From a virus (lineage: Duplodnaviria; Caudoviricetes): a stretch of 57,889 bases of DNA. The stretch is from IMG/VR virus record IMGVR_UViG_3300021131_000007, positions 1 through 57,889 of that record; one strand, 5' to 3'. The position numbers and the translations under genes are program-made. Of the stretch, positions 17,894 to 29,136 are shown in pieces (the stretch's first letter is position 1; every line of letters begins with the position of its first letter). The notes under the pieces are model-generated. The model worked only from the letters and a program-made list of their open reading frames with translations, had not been told where the DNA came from and made no database searches.

Positions 17894-18622
17894 ATGGCAG
17901 CAAATGTAAAAAACGTACTTGTAGGTGCAGCACAAATTTTCGTGTCAACAAAAACCAACTCTGATCGCCCAGTAACCGTTCCAGGTGCTGGTGATCTAGC
18001 ATGGGGAACACAAAAGGCAGCAGGATACCTAGATGCAAGCTCTAAGTGGCGTGATGTTGGTTACACCAACACAGGACTTGAAGTTTCATATGAACCAGGT
18101 TATGGTGAAGTTATGGTTGATCAACTTCTAGATGCAGCACGTTTGTTCAAGCAAACAATTAAGGTAATGCTTAAGACTGAACTAACAGAAGGTACACTAG
18201 AAAATATCAATCTTGTTTTCGGACAATCAGATCCAATTCTTACTTATAGCGGTTCAACAGGAACCAGCGATACAACATTTACAGCAGCATCAGATACAAA
18301 CGCAGCAGCAGTAAATGCTAAGCTAAATCTATCAGGTGGTGCTCTAGGAGATGCTCCAGTAGAGCGTTCTATCGTTGCAGTGGGTAATGCCCCAGCAAAC
18401 CTTGGAACAGAAGCTACTCCAGTAGATGCTTCTACAGTAACAAAGAAAGAGCGTATCTATATCGCACGTCGTGTGGTACAGGTTGAAGTTACATCTCATG
18501 GTTTGAAGCGTGATTCTGCAACTGTATTCCCAGTTCAGTTCCGTTGCTTACCTGATGACAACGATGCTTATGATGGTGCAGAATACGGTGTAATTATTGA
18601 CCGTGTTTACAGCACTCTCTAA
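17894..18622 (+). CDS. major tail (tube) protein
   Basis: NVLVGAAQIF, WRDVGYTNTGLEVSYEP, VDQLLD, TLENINLVFG; strong RBS; followed by a terminator. Confidence 0.85.
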   Translation: MAANVKNVLVGAAQIFVSTKTNSDRPVTVPGAGDLAWGTQKAAGYLDASSKWRDVGYTNTGLEVSYEPGYGEVMVDQLLDAARLFKQTIKVMLKTELTEGTLENINLVFGQSDPILTYSGSTGTSDTTFTAASDTNAAAVNAKLNLSGGALGDAPVERSIVAVGNAPANLGTEATPVDASTVTKKERIYIARRVVQVEVTSHGLKRDSATVFPVQFRCLPDDNDAYDGAEYGVIIDRVYSTL

Positions 18623-18644
18623 TACAACTAAATAGTTTAATATA

Positions 18645-18687
18645 ATAAGGTTTCTGCCCCGAAAGGGGCGGGAACTTTATGTTTTTT
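18645..18687 (+). terminator. rho-independent terminator
   Basis: ATAAGGTTTCTGCCCC-GAAA-GGGGCGGGAACTTTAT followed by GTTTTTT. Confidence 0.85.
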
Positions 18688-18733
18688 ATATTAAAATTGG
18701 TATAATCATACATAGATAACTAAAGGAGAATAA

Positions 18734-19075
18734 ATGCCAACAACAGTATATGAAACGCTTGAAATTAAGCTTTCTAACGGCAACACTATCAGTGTCAAAC
18801 CATTAACAATTACAAATTTAAAAAAGTTCCTAGCAATCGTCAACAAGCTAAATGATGAATCGGTAAAAACCGAAGAAGATGCTATGGAAATCTTTATTCA
18901 AGCTGGCATGGTTTGCATGCAACAATTTTCGCCAGATCTTGCAACAGACAAAGAGTTATTTGAAAACACAATTGAAATTCCAACATTAATGAAAATTCTG
19001 GAAGTTGCAGGCGGTCTCAAACTTAACAATGACGACCCAAACTTCCCAGGGGCGAATCTAGCTGGGAATCTCTAG
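18734..19075 (+). CDS. tail assembly chaperone (gpG-like)
   Basis: Between major tail and tape measure genes; RBS AAGGAG. Confidence 0.8.
   Translation: MPTTVYETLEIKLSNGNTISVKPLTITNLKKFLAIVNKLNDESVKTEEDAMEIFIQAGMVCMQQFSPDLATDKELFENTIEIPTLMKILEVAGGLKLNNDDPNFPGANLAGNL
19036..19042 (+). other. programmed -1 frameshift site C CCA AAC
   Basis: X XXY YYZ heptamer in the correct phase; the -1 frame stays open to 19350. Confidence 0.75.
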
Positions 19076-19350
19076 ATCTCGCCTCTTTAGAGTCCGAAGC
19101 TTTTCTTCTAGGTCAATGGAAGAATTACGAAGAACTTGAATCTTCGTTATCTATTGAAGAGTTGTTATTGACATTGGATGCTATCCGTAAAAAAGATGCA
19201 GCAGACAAAAAGTTTTTAGCAGCACTTCAAGGAGTTGATCTAGATGAAAATTCAGAAGAAGATGAAGATATAACCAGTATCAAGGGTTTCAGAGCACAGC
19301 AAGAAGGCTTTGGAATTGGCTTAGGTCTAGGTTATGTAGTGGAGGAATAA
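19036..19350 (+). CDS. frameshift extension of the tail chaperone (gpGT-like; fusion 18734..19350)
   Basis: -1 frame reads PKLPRGESSWESLDLASLESEAFLLGQWKNYEELESSLSIEELLLTLDAIR.., continuous with track ORF 19162..19350. Confidence 0.75.
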   Translation, partial: PKLPRGESSWESLDLASLESEAFLLGQWKNYEELESSLSIEELLLTLDAIRKKDAADKKFLAALQGVDLDENSEEDEDITSIKGFRAQQEGFGIGLGLGYVVEE

Positions 19351-22300
19351 TTGAATAATATTCAATTAAATATTGTTGCGAATGCTCAGTTCCAACAAGT
19401 CTATGCAGAAGTAGCTAAATTAAAAGAAGCGATGCTATCGCTTCAAAAAGCTTCTGTTGGTGGACCCTTTACTCCTCAAAACGTAGCAAGTATAAGACAA
19501 GCACAAACAGCTTTTGACAATGCTATTCTATCAACTAGAGCATTTAATATTGAATCTGTTGCGATGTCCAGCAATGTTGAGAAGTTTGGAAAATCTTTAG
19601 CTTCGGGACAATTAAGTTTAAATCAATATTATAAAATTTGGCGGGATAATGCAAAAGGCACTTCTGCAGAATTAGATGCATTAGCTACATCACAAGCTAG
19701 ATTAAATAGATCTATAGCAATTGCAGATCCTCTTCGTCCAGGATATGCTAAGTTAGTAACAGATATAAATGGTGTAGTTACAGCAGAAGAAAAAGCTACA
19801 TTTTATCAACAAGCATTAAACACAGCATTACAGCAAGGATCTACCAAATTAATTGATTTTGGTAAGAACATGCAATGGGCAGGACGACAAATGACTGTAG
19901 GTCTTACAGTTCCTATGGCTCTATTCGCAACGGGAGCAGCAAAAGCTTACCTAAGTTTTGACCAACAAATGACTAGTATGTTAAAGGTATACGGATCACA
20001 TGCTACAGTTCAATCACAACAAACTTTAGATACAATTAGAAAGCAAGTAACTCAGTTAGCTTCTGATATTGCTCATACTTTAGGTATAGCTATGACAGAT
20101 ACAGTTACTATTGCTAAAACATTTTCATCTATTGGTCTTGAAGGCCAAAATCTTATAGATACTACAAAAGCTACAGCAACATTGATGAAGCTTGGTGATT
20201 TAGCTGCTACAGATGCTGCTAATTCTATGGTATCTTTGCAAAATGTATTTAAGCTTCAATCAAATCAAATGCAAGATGCAGTTAACTTCTTAAATGCTGC
20301 AAAGCACTCGACATCTACAACTATGCAAGATATCATTGATGCTATTCCTAGAGTCGGTCCTATTTTGCAACAAATGGGTGGAACTTATAAAGACTTCGTA
20401 ACTCTTCTTGTAGGTATGAAAGAATCTGGTATCCCTGCAGCACAAGCAGCTAACGCTATTAAATCTATGTTTGCATCCATTGAAAATCCAACTACTAAAG
20501 CAGTAAAACTTTTTGATTCTTTGGGAATTAGTCTTAAAGGAATAGTTACAAATGATCAAAACAACCCACTAAAAATGGTTCAAGATTTACAGGTAGCATT
20601 AGACAATCTTCCATCATTAACTAGACAACAAGCTATTGAAAATTTATTTGGTAAATTTCAATTTGCTCGTGTAGAAGCTTTGTTAGGAAACTTAGGAAAA
20701 ACTGGATCACAAACTCAAAAAGTTCTTGAACTTTATGGACAATCTAATGCACAGTTAGCAGCAGTTGCTAACCAGGAAATAAACATAGCAAGTAATCAAA
20801 CCCCAGCAGCTCAATTTGCAAAAATGAAGGCAAGCTTGCAAGCAGATCTGATTCCACTTGGACAAACATTTTTAACTGTAGCAACTAAAATAGGTAATGT
20901 TATTGATAGAATTGCAAAAGGCTTTAACAGTATTGGTATATTTGGAAAAGCTTTTCTTGCTATTTTTGCGGGAGCTGCCATATTAGGTCCAATAGTTATG
21001 CTTGTTGGTTTATTTAGTAACTTAGCAGGACAGGTATTTAAAGGCTTAAATTATATAAGAATGTTTAAGCAAGGCATGGATGCTGCTGGACCATCACAAA
21101 ATAAATTTGTTGAAGGTATTCACGCAATGCGAAACTTCTATCAAGATCTTGATAAGAGTACAATTGCTGCTCGTAATCAGATGGACCTTATGCCAGAAGC
21201 CATTACAAGTAACGCACAAGCATTTGATATTTTAAGTAAAGCAATTAGTGATTTAACACTCCAATTTCAAGCATTGACTGTTGCACAAGCAGAAGCAATG
21301 GGAATGCCACTACCTACAACTGTTAATAGACCATTCAATATACCATTTCAAGCCCCAGGATTTGCAACTGGAGGATGGGTTCCAGGAAACCCTTCCAAGG
21401 GAGACGTATACCCAGCAATGCTTACTGGCGGGGAAGCAGTAATTCCAGCAGCACAAGCACAAAAATATCATACAGTTGTCAATTCAATGATTAAAGGTAA
21501 TCTTCCAGGATACATGTCTGGATACTTACCAGCAAGAACACATGCAGCTTTGCCATTTGAACAAAATTCTTCACAGTTTACATCTGGAATAAATATGGCA
21601 GGTTTGGAATCTTTATTCTCTGAATTTCCTAATTTTGTAAAAGTTGTTTCAAATTTAGTTGTAGAATTGCCACAAAAATTAAATGTTGCTTTAATACAAG
21701 GAAAAGCAACTATTGAAGATTTTTCAAAAGCTTGGGCTGCAAGGTCTGGAAAATTTAATTTAGCTGCAGGTTTGGGTGGAGCAAATGTAGAAGATCCAAA
21801 AATTCAAGCAGCTTTAGCAAAACTAGAAGAAGAAATCGGAGCAAGAACAATTGCCATGTCTGATGGCACAGTTTCTGATGAACTTTTAGCAAAAACTACT
21901 AACGATGTAATTTCTAAATACAAAAATTTAAGCACTGCAGAAGGACAAGCAGCCAGAGCTTTATATGAAGCTAGTCAACAAATAGGTCAAGTAAGAATAC
22001 AGTTTTCAACAGAAGCCCTGAGGGCAGGATTACAATCTGGCAAATTTACAACTGTAGGAAATAGCGTTTTATATCAAAATCAAGAAATAGCAAGACTAAA
22101 AGGAAAAACTAAAACTGGATTACCAACATTTAGACCCGCCAGTGCATTTAATCCTTCTGGAAATTATTCTAGAATAGCTCTACAAGGACAAGAATTATCA
22201 TCAGAAACTGCTTCACTTGCAGAACAACAGCTTATGGCAGAAGCAAGAAAAGTTCCACTATCTGCATTAACGGCTATGAAACAGGAAGCAGGAATTGCAA

Positions 22301-24444
22301 GCCCTGCACAAGAATTTAATGTACAAGTAGGACAACCAGTTACTCAAGGTGTTGCAGCAGGTATGGTTGAAGCAATTCCAGAAGTTCAAAATGCTGGAAG
22401 AACAGTAACAACAACAATTGTAGATGATTTAGCTGCATCAACGGATAAGATTAAAACAACTTCACAAGCAATGTGGGTTCCAGCCCAAGAGGACGCAGCA
22501 ATAGCAGGACAAAAAACTGGAGATAGTTTTATTGGCGGAGTAGAAGAAACAATGGGTAGCCCTGCTACACAATCAAGAATGTCTAGGGTTTTGGGTAAGT
22601 TTACCAATATGGGATTCATGGGTAAATCAACAATTGGTATGGGAGCCATGATGGGTGGATCTATGCTTGGATCCGCAGTAGGAGGTTCAGCTGGTTCTGC
22701 TTTAAGTGGAGCTTCAACATTTGGTTCTATGGCATTAATGATGGGTGCTTCAGGAGGTTTATCAGCAGGTTTAGCAGCACTTGGAGCTGCTATTCCATTA
22801 ATTACAAATGCTTTTAAAACAGCAGCAACAGATATGCGTGTTCAAGCAAATGAATTAAAAGGTTCTTTTTCATTAAGCACTTCAGCAGCTAATTATTTTG
22901 GAGTTAAATTTACTCCATTAGCACAATATGATTTTGCTGGAATTGCTGATGGTTTAGGAAAACATGTAGCTTCAATTAAAGCAAATAAAGCAGCAGTAGA
23001 TCAACTAACACAGGCATATTTATCTGCCTCAGATCAAATGACAAAAGATTATTTGGCTGGATTGAAGAAAGAATCTCCTTCAGGTTTACAAGCAAAAATA
23101 TCAGACAAGTATGCTTCAAATATTGCATCTGGGATGTCCCCACAACAAGCATTGCAAGATGTTACTTCTATCATGAATGCTGTTAATGTTAGTAGTATCA
23201 ATCAGATTGGTATTAGATCTAAACTAGATCAAAAACTAACATCTGGACAGGCTTTAGCTCAAATATTAAATACTGCTGTATCAGTTAAGCCAAAACAAAG
23301 TATTGGTGGTAAAGCGGGAGCCCCTACAGCACAACACAATGCAGCAGAAGCAGCTAAAGAAGCAGCTGATAATGTAAATACAATTTTAATAAATATGGCT
23401 GGAGTTAACTCAAAAACTTTTGGAGAACTTTATACTAGTTTAGACGAAACATCTAAAAAATTAATTAATACAGATAAATCTTATAAAAATTTTACAGACA
23501 GCGTTGCTGGAGGAAGTAAAGATGTAATTCAATTTGCATCAGATTTTAGAAATGCTAAAGGTACAACTGAACAGTTTAGTGCAGCAATAAGATTATACAA
23601 TGCTCATATTTTTACTTCAGGTCAAATGTTAGATATGCTTAAGGGCAAAACTAAACAAACCTTTGATCAAGCTTTTATGTCAAGTTTGTCAAAATTAACA
23701 GCTTACGAAACAGCAGCTTCTGGTGGAGGTGGCGGTGGTGGCGGTGGTGGAGGTGGTGGCGGAGTAACTACTACAGATTATTCTAAACAATATAGCCCGT
23801 TAATTAAACATTTGACAGATGTACGCAAGCTTATTCAGGCACAGGCGGATGCTCAAAAGAAGTATAACGATCAATTAAAGGCTACTCAAGATTATCAACA
23901 AAAGCAATTAGATTACTTTAATCAAATGAAAAACGCTTATACATCAGGTAACTTCTTAGGTGCTGCACAAATGCAGAGTAGTGCTCAAGCAGCTCAAGCA
24001 GATTTTGCTGCAACTGTACAGCAACAAAAACAATCTGATGCTATTGCTAATCTAGATAACATTTTGTCTTCAGTACAAGAAGCAAGCACTGGTGGAACTT
24101 CATTTGCTTCTTGGGCAAAAGCAAACCCAGGAATTGCAAGATTTGCTACTTCTAAATATGATAGTTCACTTCTTGGTGGAATGACAGCATCTAATTATTC
24201 TAATAAAACTGGTGGTATAATTTCACAAGCAAATGCAGCACAATCAGCTGCTTCTGCAGCAGCAAGTGGCGGAACATTTCAAAATCTTGTAGTAAACATA
24301 AGTGCAGATAACTCTGTAATACCAGAACAATTTGCACAGACTTTGGCAGCACAAATTCAAGCAGGGGTTCAAAAAGCTTATGCAAAATCAAATACTACAA
24401 ATAGCATAACTGCTAAAACAAAGAACCCGAAAGTAGGTAAGTAA
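19351..24444 (+). CDS. tape measure protein
   Basis: 1697 aa, Ala/Gln-rich helical; GRQMTVGLTVPM, FATGGWVPG..PAMLTGGEAVIP; follows G/GT. Confidence 0.92.
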   Translation: MNNIQLNIVANAQFQQVYAEVAKLKEAMLSLQKASVGGPFTPQNVASIRQAQTAFDNAILSTRAFNIESVAMSSNVEKFGKSLASGQLSLNQYYKIWRDNAKGTSAELDALATSQARLNRSIAIADPLRPGYAKLVTDINGVVTAEEKATFYQQALNTALQQGSTKLIDFGKNMQWAGRQMTVGLTVPMALFATGAAKAYLSFDQQMTSMLKVYGSHATVQSQQTLDTIRKQVTQLASDIAHTLGIAMTDTVTIAKTFSSIGLEGQNLIDTTKATATLMKLGDLAATDAANSMVSLQNVFKLQSNQMQDAVNFLNAAKHSTSTTMQDIIDAIPRVGPILQQMGGTYKDFVTLLVGMKESGIPAAQAANAIKSMFASIENPTTKAVKLFDSLGISLKGIVTNDQNNPLKMVQDLQVALDNLPSLTRQQAIENLFGKFQFARVEALLGNLGKTGSQTQKVLELYGQSNAQLAAVANQEINIASNQTPAAQFAKMKASLQADLIPLGQTFLTVATKIGNVIDRIAKGFNSIGIFGKAFLAIFAGAAILGPIVMLVGLFSNLAGQVFKGLNYIRMFKQGMDAAGPSQNKFVEGIHAMRNFYQDLDKSTIAARNQMDLMPEAITSNAQAFDILSKAISDLTLQFQALTVAQAEAMGMPLPTTVNRPFNIPFQAPGFATGGWVPGNPSKGDVYPAMLTGGEAVIPAAQAQKYHTVVNSMIKGNLPGYMSGYLPARTHAALPFEQNSSQFTSGINMAGLESLFSEFPNFVKVVSNLVVELPQKLNVALIQGKATIEDFSKAWAARSGKFNLAAGLGGANVEDPKIQAALAKLEEEIGARTIAMSDGTVSDELLAKTTNDVISKYKNLSTAEGQAARALYEASQQIGQVRIQFSTEALRAGLQSGKFTTVGNSVLYQNQEIARLKGKTKTGLPTFRPASAFNPSGNYSRIALQGQELSSETASLAEQQLMAEARKVPLSALTAMKQEAGIASPAQEFNVQVGQPVTQGVAAGMVEAIPEVQNAGRTVTTTIVDDLAASTDKIKTTSQAMWVPAQEDAAIAGQKTGDSFIGGVEETMGSPATQSRMSRVLGKFTNMGFMGKSTIGMGAMMGGSMLGSAVGGSAGSALSGASTFGSMALMMGASGGLSAGLAALGAAIPLITNAFKTAATDMRVQANELKGSFSLSTSAANYFGVKFTPLAQYDFAGIADGLGKHVASIKANKAAVDQLTQAYLSASDQMTKDYLAGLKKESPSGLQAKISDKYASNIASGMSPQQALQDVTSIMNAVNVSSINQIGIRSKLDQKLTSGQALAQILNTAVSVKPKQSIGGKAGAPTAQHNAAEAAKEAADNVNTILINMAGVNSKTFGELYTSLDETSKKLINTDKSYKNFTDSVAGGSKDVIQFASDFRNAKGTTEQFSAAIRLYNAHIFTSGQMLDMLKGKTKQTFDQAFMSSLSKLTAYETAASGGGGGGGGGGGGGGVTTTDYSKQYSPLIKHLTDVRKLIQAQADAQKKYNDQLKATQDYQQKQLDYFNQMKNAYTSGNFLGAAQMQSSAQAAQADFAATVQQQKQSDAIANLDNILSSVQEASTGGTSFASWAKANPGIARFATSKYDSSLLGGMTASNYSNKTGGIISQANAAQSAASAAASGGTFQNLVVNISADNSVIPEQFAQTLAAQIQAGVQKAYAKSNTTNSITAKTKNPKVGK
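23722..23763 (+). repeat. Gly14 tract in the tape measure protein
   Basis: 14 consecutive GGN codons. Confidence 0.95.
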
Positions 24445-24917
24445 TGAGTTATAGCATTAATGCAGGTATTAGTTTATCCTTAGATGGAAATACTTGGTAT
24501 ACCCTTACCGATCATAATAGAAAAGAAATAGACGTTACTCCCGCCCTGATTGAGCAAGCTCAAAGAATGGCTAATGGTAAGATGAGAAAATATGTTATTG
24601 CTTCAAAGAAAACAATAACTACTTCTTGGGTTGACATCCCATCAAAAACTACTAGCACAGTTGATCAAGGATATTCATCTGCATGGCTTGAGGCATTTTA
24701 TAATGCTAACGTATTTGTTCCAGTATATGTAAAATTTACACATTCTAGAGAAACAAAACCTACTACAGGATCTGCTCCAGACGATTCAACATTTGCTACA
24801 GCAAGAATAAATTCAGAAATAATTCAATGCTTTATTACTAAATTTACGTTAAAGACTAAACACCGTAATATCAACTTTGACTATGTTGATATGGATATAG
24901 AATTTACGGAGATTTAA
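24444..24917 (+). CDS. distal tail / minor tail protein
   Basis: Directly after the tape measure gene; RMANGKMRKY. Confidence 0.6.
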   Translation: MSYSINAGISLSLDGNTWYTLTDHNRKEIDVTPALIEQAQRMANGKMRKYVIASKKTITTSWVDIPSKTTSTVDQGYSSAWLEAFYNANVFVPVYVKFTHSRETKPTTGSAPDDSTFATARINSEIIQCFITKFTLKTKHRNINFDYVDMDIEFTEI

Positions 24918-27900
24918 TGCTTAACAATGTAGACAGTTCTGTTTTTTTAAATTCAAGTGAAATTAATTTACTTCCAGTTGTTTCTGCAGAATGGAATCAA
25001 AATTTATTTAATCCTCCATATATAACTGTTGCAGGACTTGGGGTAAAAGAAACTGTAACTGCTGGAGCTTCATACACATCAGTAACTGACAGCAATAAGC
25101 ACCCAAACTTTACTACAAATAGCTTTGCACTATCTTCAAATACGGGATCGGTTTCATATTCAGTAACCCCTACATCTACTTCTGCAGCTTATAAAATTGT
25201 ATTTTATGCTAAATCAAGTATCTATACCCCTATAATGCTTAATGCATATGCTAAGGGTACACAGACACAATACGGGTCAACATCAGCTGAAATAAATAGT
25301 TATGGCTGGACTAAAGTAGAAGTTATGATGGGCGGGTCTGGAAATGATGACCCCATATCAAGTATCAATTTTAATATAGTCTGTAATACATTTACTAATT
25401 ATCCAGGAGACGCTACAATTTATTTTACCGTCCCAGAAGTATATGCCAATCAATATTTTAATTATCAATACAATTCTATCTGGCCAACAGATGCTCCATT
25501 TTCTTATTTTAGACCAGGAGAATCATATGTTGGAACTGGAAACTCTAATATATCATTACCTAGTAATTTTAGGCAAGTAACTTCTGGAGCAACAAATGGT
25601 TTTTCTGGAACTTGGTATGCCCCAGTTAGTTCAGTATTGGAAAACCCACAGTATCTATTTGTAACGCAATATAACCCATTTATTAAAAATATTTTACCTA
25701 CAGATATTGCTACTTATAAATATTTTGTATCAGATGCTATTTCAACACCAGCAATTTCTGCACTTTATCCATCAGCAATAAGTACAAATAAATTAGTTTT
25801 AAAATTTAATACTTCAGTGGCTGTACCTAATATTTCTGTTTATCTAAATGGATCTGGCAATACTGCTATATATTCTGGAGCTATCCCATCAAATGGAGTT
25901 TTGATTCTGTATTATAATGGGTCTGGGTGGGGAACAACGCAATGGTCTTTAATGCCTTCCTTTAATTCATCTGGACAACTAAGTCTATATACAACTGTTA
26001 GTGAAATCACAGTAAAGCATAATAGCGATCCAGTACTTAATTCTAACTTCCCTACAAAAGCAGATAATATTCAATATACTGAAGACTATAAAAGAATGCA
26101 CCTTATTGAAGTTTCCCCTAGACTTGAAGTTGATTTAAGTGATTATGTACAAGATATAACTATAACAAAACAATTAGACAGTAAAAGTACTATAGTTCCA
26201 CTATCAACAATTAATACGGACGATGCTGCAATAAACTTGAGCGGTATTCCAATTTTTACTGGAACTGATCCAATACCTTTATTCTCAAATCAGAGTAATT
26301 CAAACTCTTCAATCTTAGCTAATATGCTGAGAAAGAATATAAAGTTTTATGTAAACTGGCATTTGCTTTCGTATACCGATTCTTCAAATACATACAATTC
26401 TTCAGGTTCATATATTCCAGCAGGAGTATTTTATTCAGACAATTGGGAAGAACAAGATATAGATACCATTAAAGTACAATGCTTTGATATTATCAGATAT
26501 CTGCAAACCTTGCCTGTTCCCGATTACGTATCAAATTATAAAACTGTTTTTGATATTATTTCTACTTTATTAGATAGGGCGGGATTTACAGATTACGACA
26601 TAGACTCTCTTTATAAGATAACTAATGATCCATCTTCGCCTATGGACATGTCTTATTTCTTTGTAAATTCTCAAGATACAACTATTGCAGCAGCATTAAC
26701 AGATTTATTTTTAGCTTATCAAATTGGTGCCTATATTGATGAATATGGAGTTATGAAGTTTTTAAGCTTAGCTAATATTTTAAATCCAGCAAGCAGTTCA
26801 GTTTCTTTAACTGATTCTCAAATATATCAAGGCGGTTATTCTGTATCTAATATAGGTAAAGTTGGTAAAATATCTTTAAGATATCAAGAACCTAAAATAA
26901 AACAAACATTAGCATTACAAAATGCCACCGACCCAACTCAAAAGACTTCCCCTTCTTTTATATATACTACATCAACAGCACAGCCTTGGATTAGTCAGAC
27001 TACAGATGCAGTAGGTTTTAACTATTTAAATCAAAATATGGGTGAATCTGATAATAGTTTTGCTTATAATGTAAATGATTTATTAGACATTTTTCATACA
27101 TTTAATTTAAACACAAATGGTTATGCTGTAATAGAAGATGAAATCGTTTCATTTAATTATAAAGAATATACTATTGCATCAGGATCTAATACTAAAACTG
27201 TATCAGTAAAAAGTGATATAGAGTTAGCTTCAGAAGTAGATCGTTTTGTAAAAGGAAATGTAGCTCCACAATTAACTCTTTCTGACGGAGATTCAAATTC
27301 CACAGTATCAAATGTTACTATTACCCCAACTGGAAATATTACAAATGTTCAAAGAGGTTTATTTGGCACTGTTCCTTCCGCTCATAATATTATTACTAGT
27401 CTAACAAGCAAATCCTTATCTCAAGCAACAGCAGCAACGGATTACACAGTAACGGCGGGAGGATCAAATGCTTCAGTATCATTGTTTAAGCCATATACAG
27501 CTGTATCCTCAGATCAGTCTAATCCAGGAATAAATGTAATTAATTGCAGTGTTCCAGCTACTGAAAAACTATTAGTATACCCAACTACTCAAAGAGATGT
27601 AGGATATCATACCTATTCTACAAAATTTAATCTTGCTGATGATAATAAATTATCAGCTGCTGGAATATTTTTTAATGCTACCAGTACAGATTCTTTAGAC
27701 CAAGCATTTTTTGTAGAATTTATAAGAAATTATTTAGGAACAAAAACTACAATAACTGGAACCGATCCAGACACAGGGGCAGACATAACTACAACCACTC
27801 CCACATATCAATATTTAATAGCAATTTATAAATGGAATGAAGGAAATGGCGAAGATGTAATTGCCTGGACTGATATTACTGGCATGACAGGAAATATTGT

Positions 27901-29089
27901 AAATAATTTTGAAAAGGTTTTAGTTAAAAAAACTACATCAGATTCTTATTCTTATGAGCCAGGAACAGATGCTGTTTTTCAATTAAAAGTAGTTAACTAT
28001 GCTTCTGATGGTTCTGATGGAGAAGATGTAGGTCAAGTTATAGATGTATTCTTAAATAACGCCAAGATTGTTGGATGGCAAGTACTAGATCAATCTACAA
28101 ATCAATGGAAACAAACTTCTTCCAATTTAAAAACGGGAGTTCCAAAGCTACCAACCTTAGATCAAGCCCCATCTACTAATAGTGTTTTTGGATCATATAT
28201 GTCAACTCAACCAGTTGTGATACCTATATCTATAAATGGAGAACTAGGTCTTGCATCTATTGTTTATAACGAGGGTAATGCAATTAACTCTACTGTAACA
28301 GTAGGATCTTTTAGAGAACTATATGCAACAGAAGCAATCTTGCAAGATAGAAGCAATAATTATTGGTATCAGACACAACAATTCTTAAATGGAATGATTC
28401 AAAATCAAAATATATTTAATTTGAAGAAAAGCTATATAATGCAAACTCAACCAACGATTACTGGTATAAATGTATATGATGTTCAGTACCAAACCCCAGC
28501 AGCTACAAATGTTGATATTTTGCCAGTACAATATTATCAGTTATATTTTCCGACAGGTGCTCCCGCCGATAATCAATATAGACAAGAAATTGTAGTTGAT
28601 GAATATGCATTAGCCTATTCCACACCATTAAATACAGGTTTTAGAGCAAAGTTTGCTATAGCAAACAATTCTCCTTATTTAGTTTGGATACATAAAGACC
28701 CAGATCAATTAAATACTACTAGTACTCACCTAGTATTATGGACCCATGAAATTGTGGCCCAGTCAGACCCTTCAATTATTGAAAGGGTTTTAAATATAAA
28801 TAACGTTACAGAAGTAGCTCAGGTAGATTCTCCATGGATCCAATCCTCATATGCTGCTAATAAAATGATAGGACTAATTGCTAATGCCATAGAAGGCTTC
28901 TCTAAAGACACCACAATCAAAATTTTTGGTAATCCTTTAATTCAGCTTGGCGACATCATTTCAGTTACATATAAATTGACGGGAATCAACCAAAGACTAT
29001 TTGTAGTACAGTCTGTAAAACATACTTTTAAAAATGGTCTTGAAACAGATTTGGTTATAAATGCTGTGGGTAATGGAACCCAATATTAA
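24917..29089 (+). CDS. large minor tail / hub protein
   Basis: 1390 aa; C-terminal GNPLIQLGDIISV typical of hub/Tal-like proteins. Confidence 0.7.
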   Translation: MLNNVDSSVFLNSSEINLLPVVSAEWNQNLFNPPYITVAGLGVKETVTAGASYTSVTDSNKHPNFTTNSFALSSNTGSVSYSVTPTSTSAAYKIVFYAKSSIYTPIMLNAYAKGTQTQYGSTSAEINSYGWTKVEVMMGGSGNDDPISSINFNIVCNTFTNYPGDATIYFTVPEVYANQYFNYQYNSIWPTDAPFSYFRPGESYVGTGNSNISLPSNFRQVTSGATNGFSGTWYAPVSSVLENPQYLFVTQYNPFIKNILPTDIATYKYFVSDAISTPAISALYPSAISTNKLVLKFNTSVAVPNISVYLNGSGNTAIYSGAIPSNGVLILYYNGSGWGTTQWSLMPSFNSSGQLSLYTTVSEITVKHNSDPVLNSNFPTKADNIQYTEDYKRMHLIEVSPRLEVDLSDYVQDITITKQLDSKSTIVPLSTINTDDAAINLSGIPIFTGTDPIPLFSNQSNSNSSILANMLRKNIKFYVNWHLLSYTDSSNTYNSSGSYIPAGVFYSDNWEEQDIDTIKVQCFDIIRYLQTLPVPDYVSNYKTVFDIISTLLDRAGFTDYDIDSLYKITNDPSSPMDMSYFFVNSQDTTIAAALTDLFLAYQIGAYIDEYGVMKFLSLANILNPASSSVSLTDSQIYQGGYSVSNIGKVGKISLRYQEPKIKQTLALQNATDPTQKTSPSFIYTTSTAQPWISQTTDAVGFNYLNQNMGESDNSFAYNVNDLLDIFHTFNLNTNGYAVIEDEIVSFNYKEYTIASGSNTKTVSVKSDIELASEVDRFVKGNVAPQLTLSDGDSNSTVSNVTITPTGNITNVQRGLFGTVPSAHNIITSLTSKSLSQATAATDYTVTAGGSNASVSLFKPYTAVSSDQSNPGINVINCSVPATEKLLVYPTTQRDVGYHTYSTKFNLADDNKLSAAGIFFNATSTDSLDQAFFVEFIRNYLGTKTTITGTDPDTGADITTTTPTYQYLIAIYKWNEGNGEDVIAWTDITGMTGNIVNNFEKVLVKKTTSDSYSYEPGTDAVFQLKVVNYASDGSDGEDVGQVIDVFLNNAKIVGWQVLDQSTNQWKQTSSNLKTGVPKLPTLDQAPSTNSVFGSYMSTQPVVIPISINGELGLASIVYNEGNAINSTVTVGSFRELYATEAILQDRSNNYWYQTQQFLNGMIQNQNIFNLKKSYIMQTQPTITGINVYDVQYQTPAATNVDILPVQYYQLYFPTGAPADNQYRQEIVVDEYALAYSTPLNTGFRAKFAIANNSPYLVWIHKDPDQLNTTSTHLVLWTHEIVAQSDPSIIERVLNINNVTEVAQVDSPWIQSSYAANKMIGLIANAIEGFSKDTTIKIFGNPLIQLGDIISVTYKLTGINQRLFVVQSVKHTFKNGLETDLVINAVGNGTQY

Positions 29090-29136
29090 GCTAAAATAAT
29101 CAAAAATGGTATAATTTAAGGAAAGCAGGGGGAATA

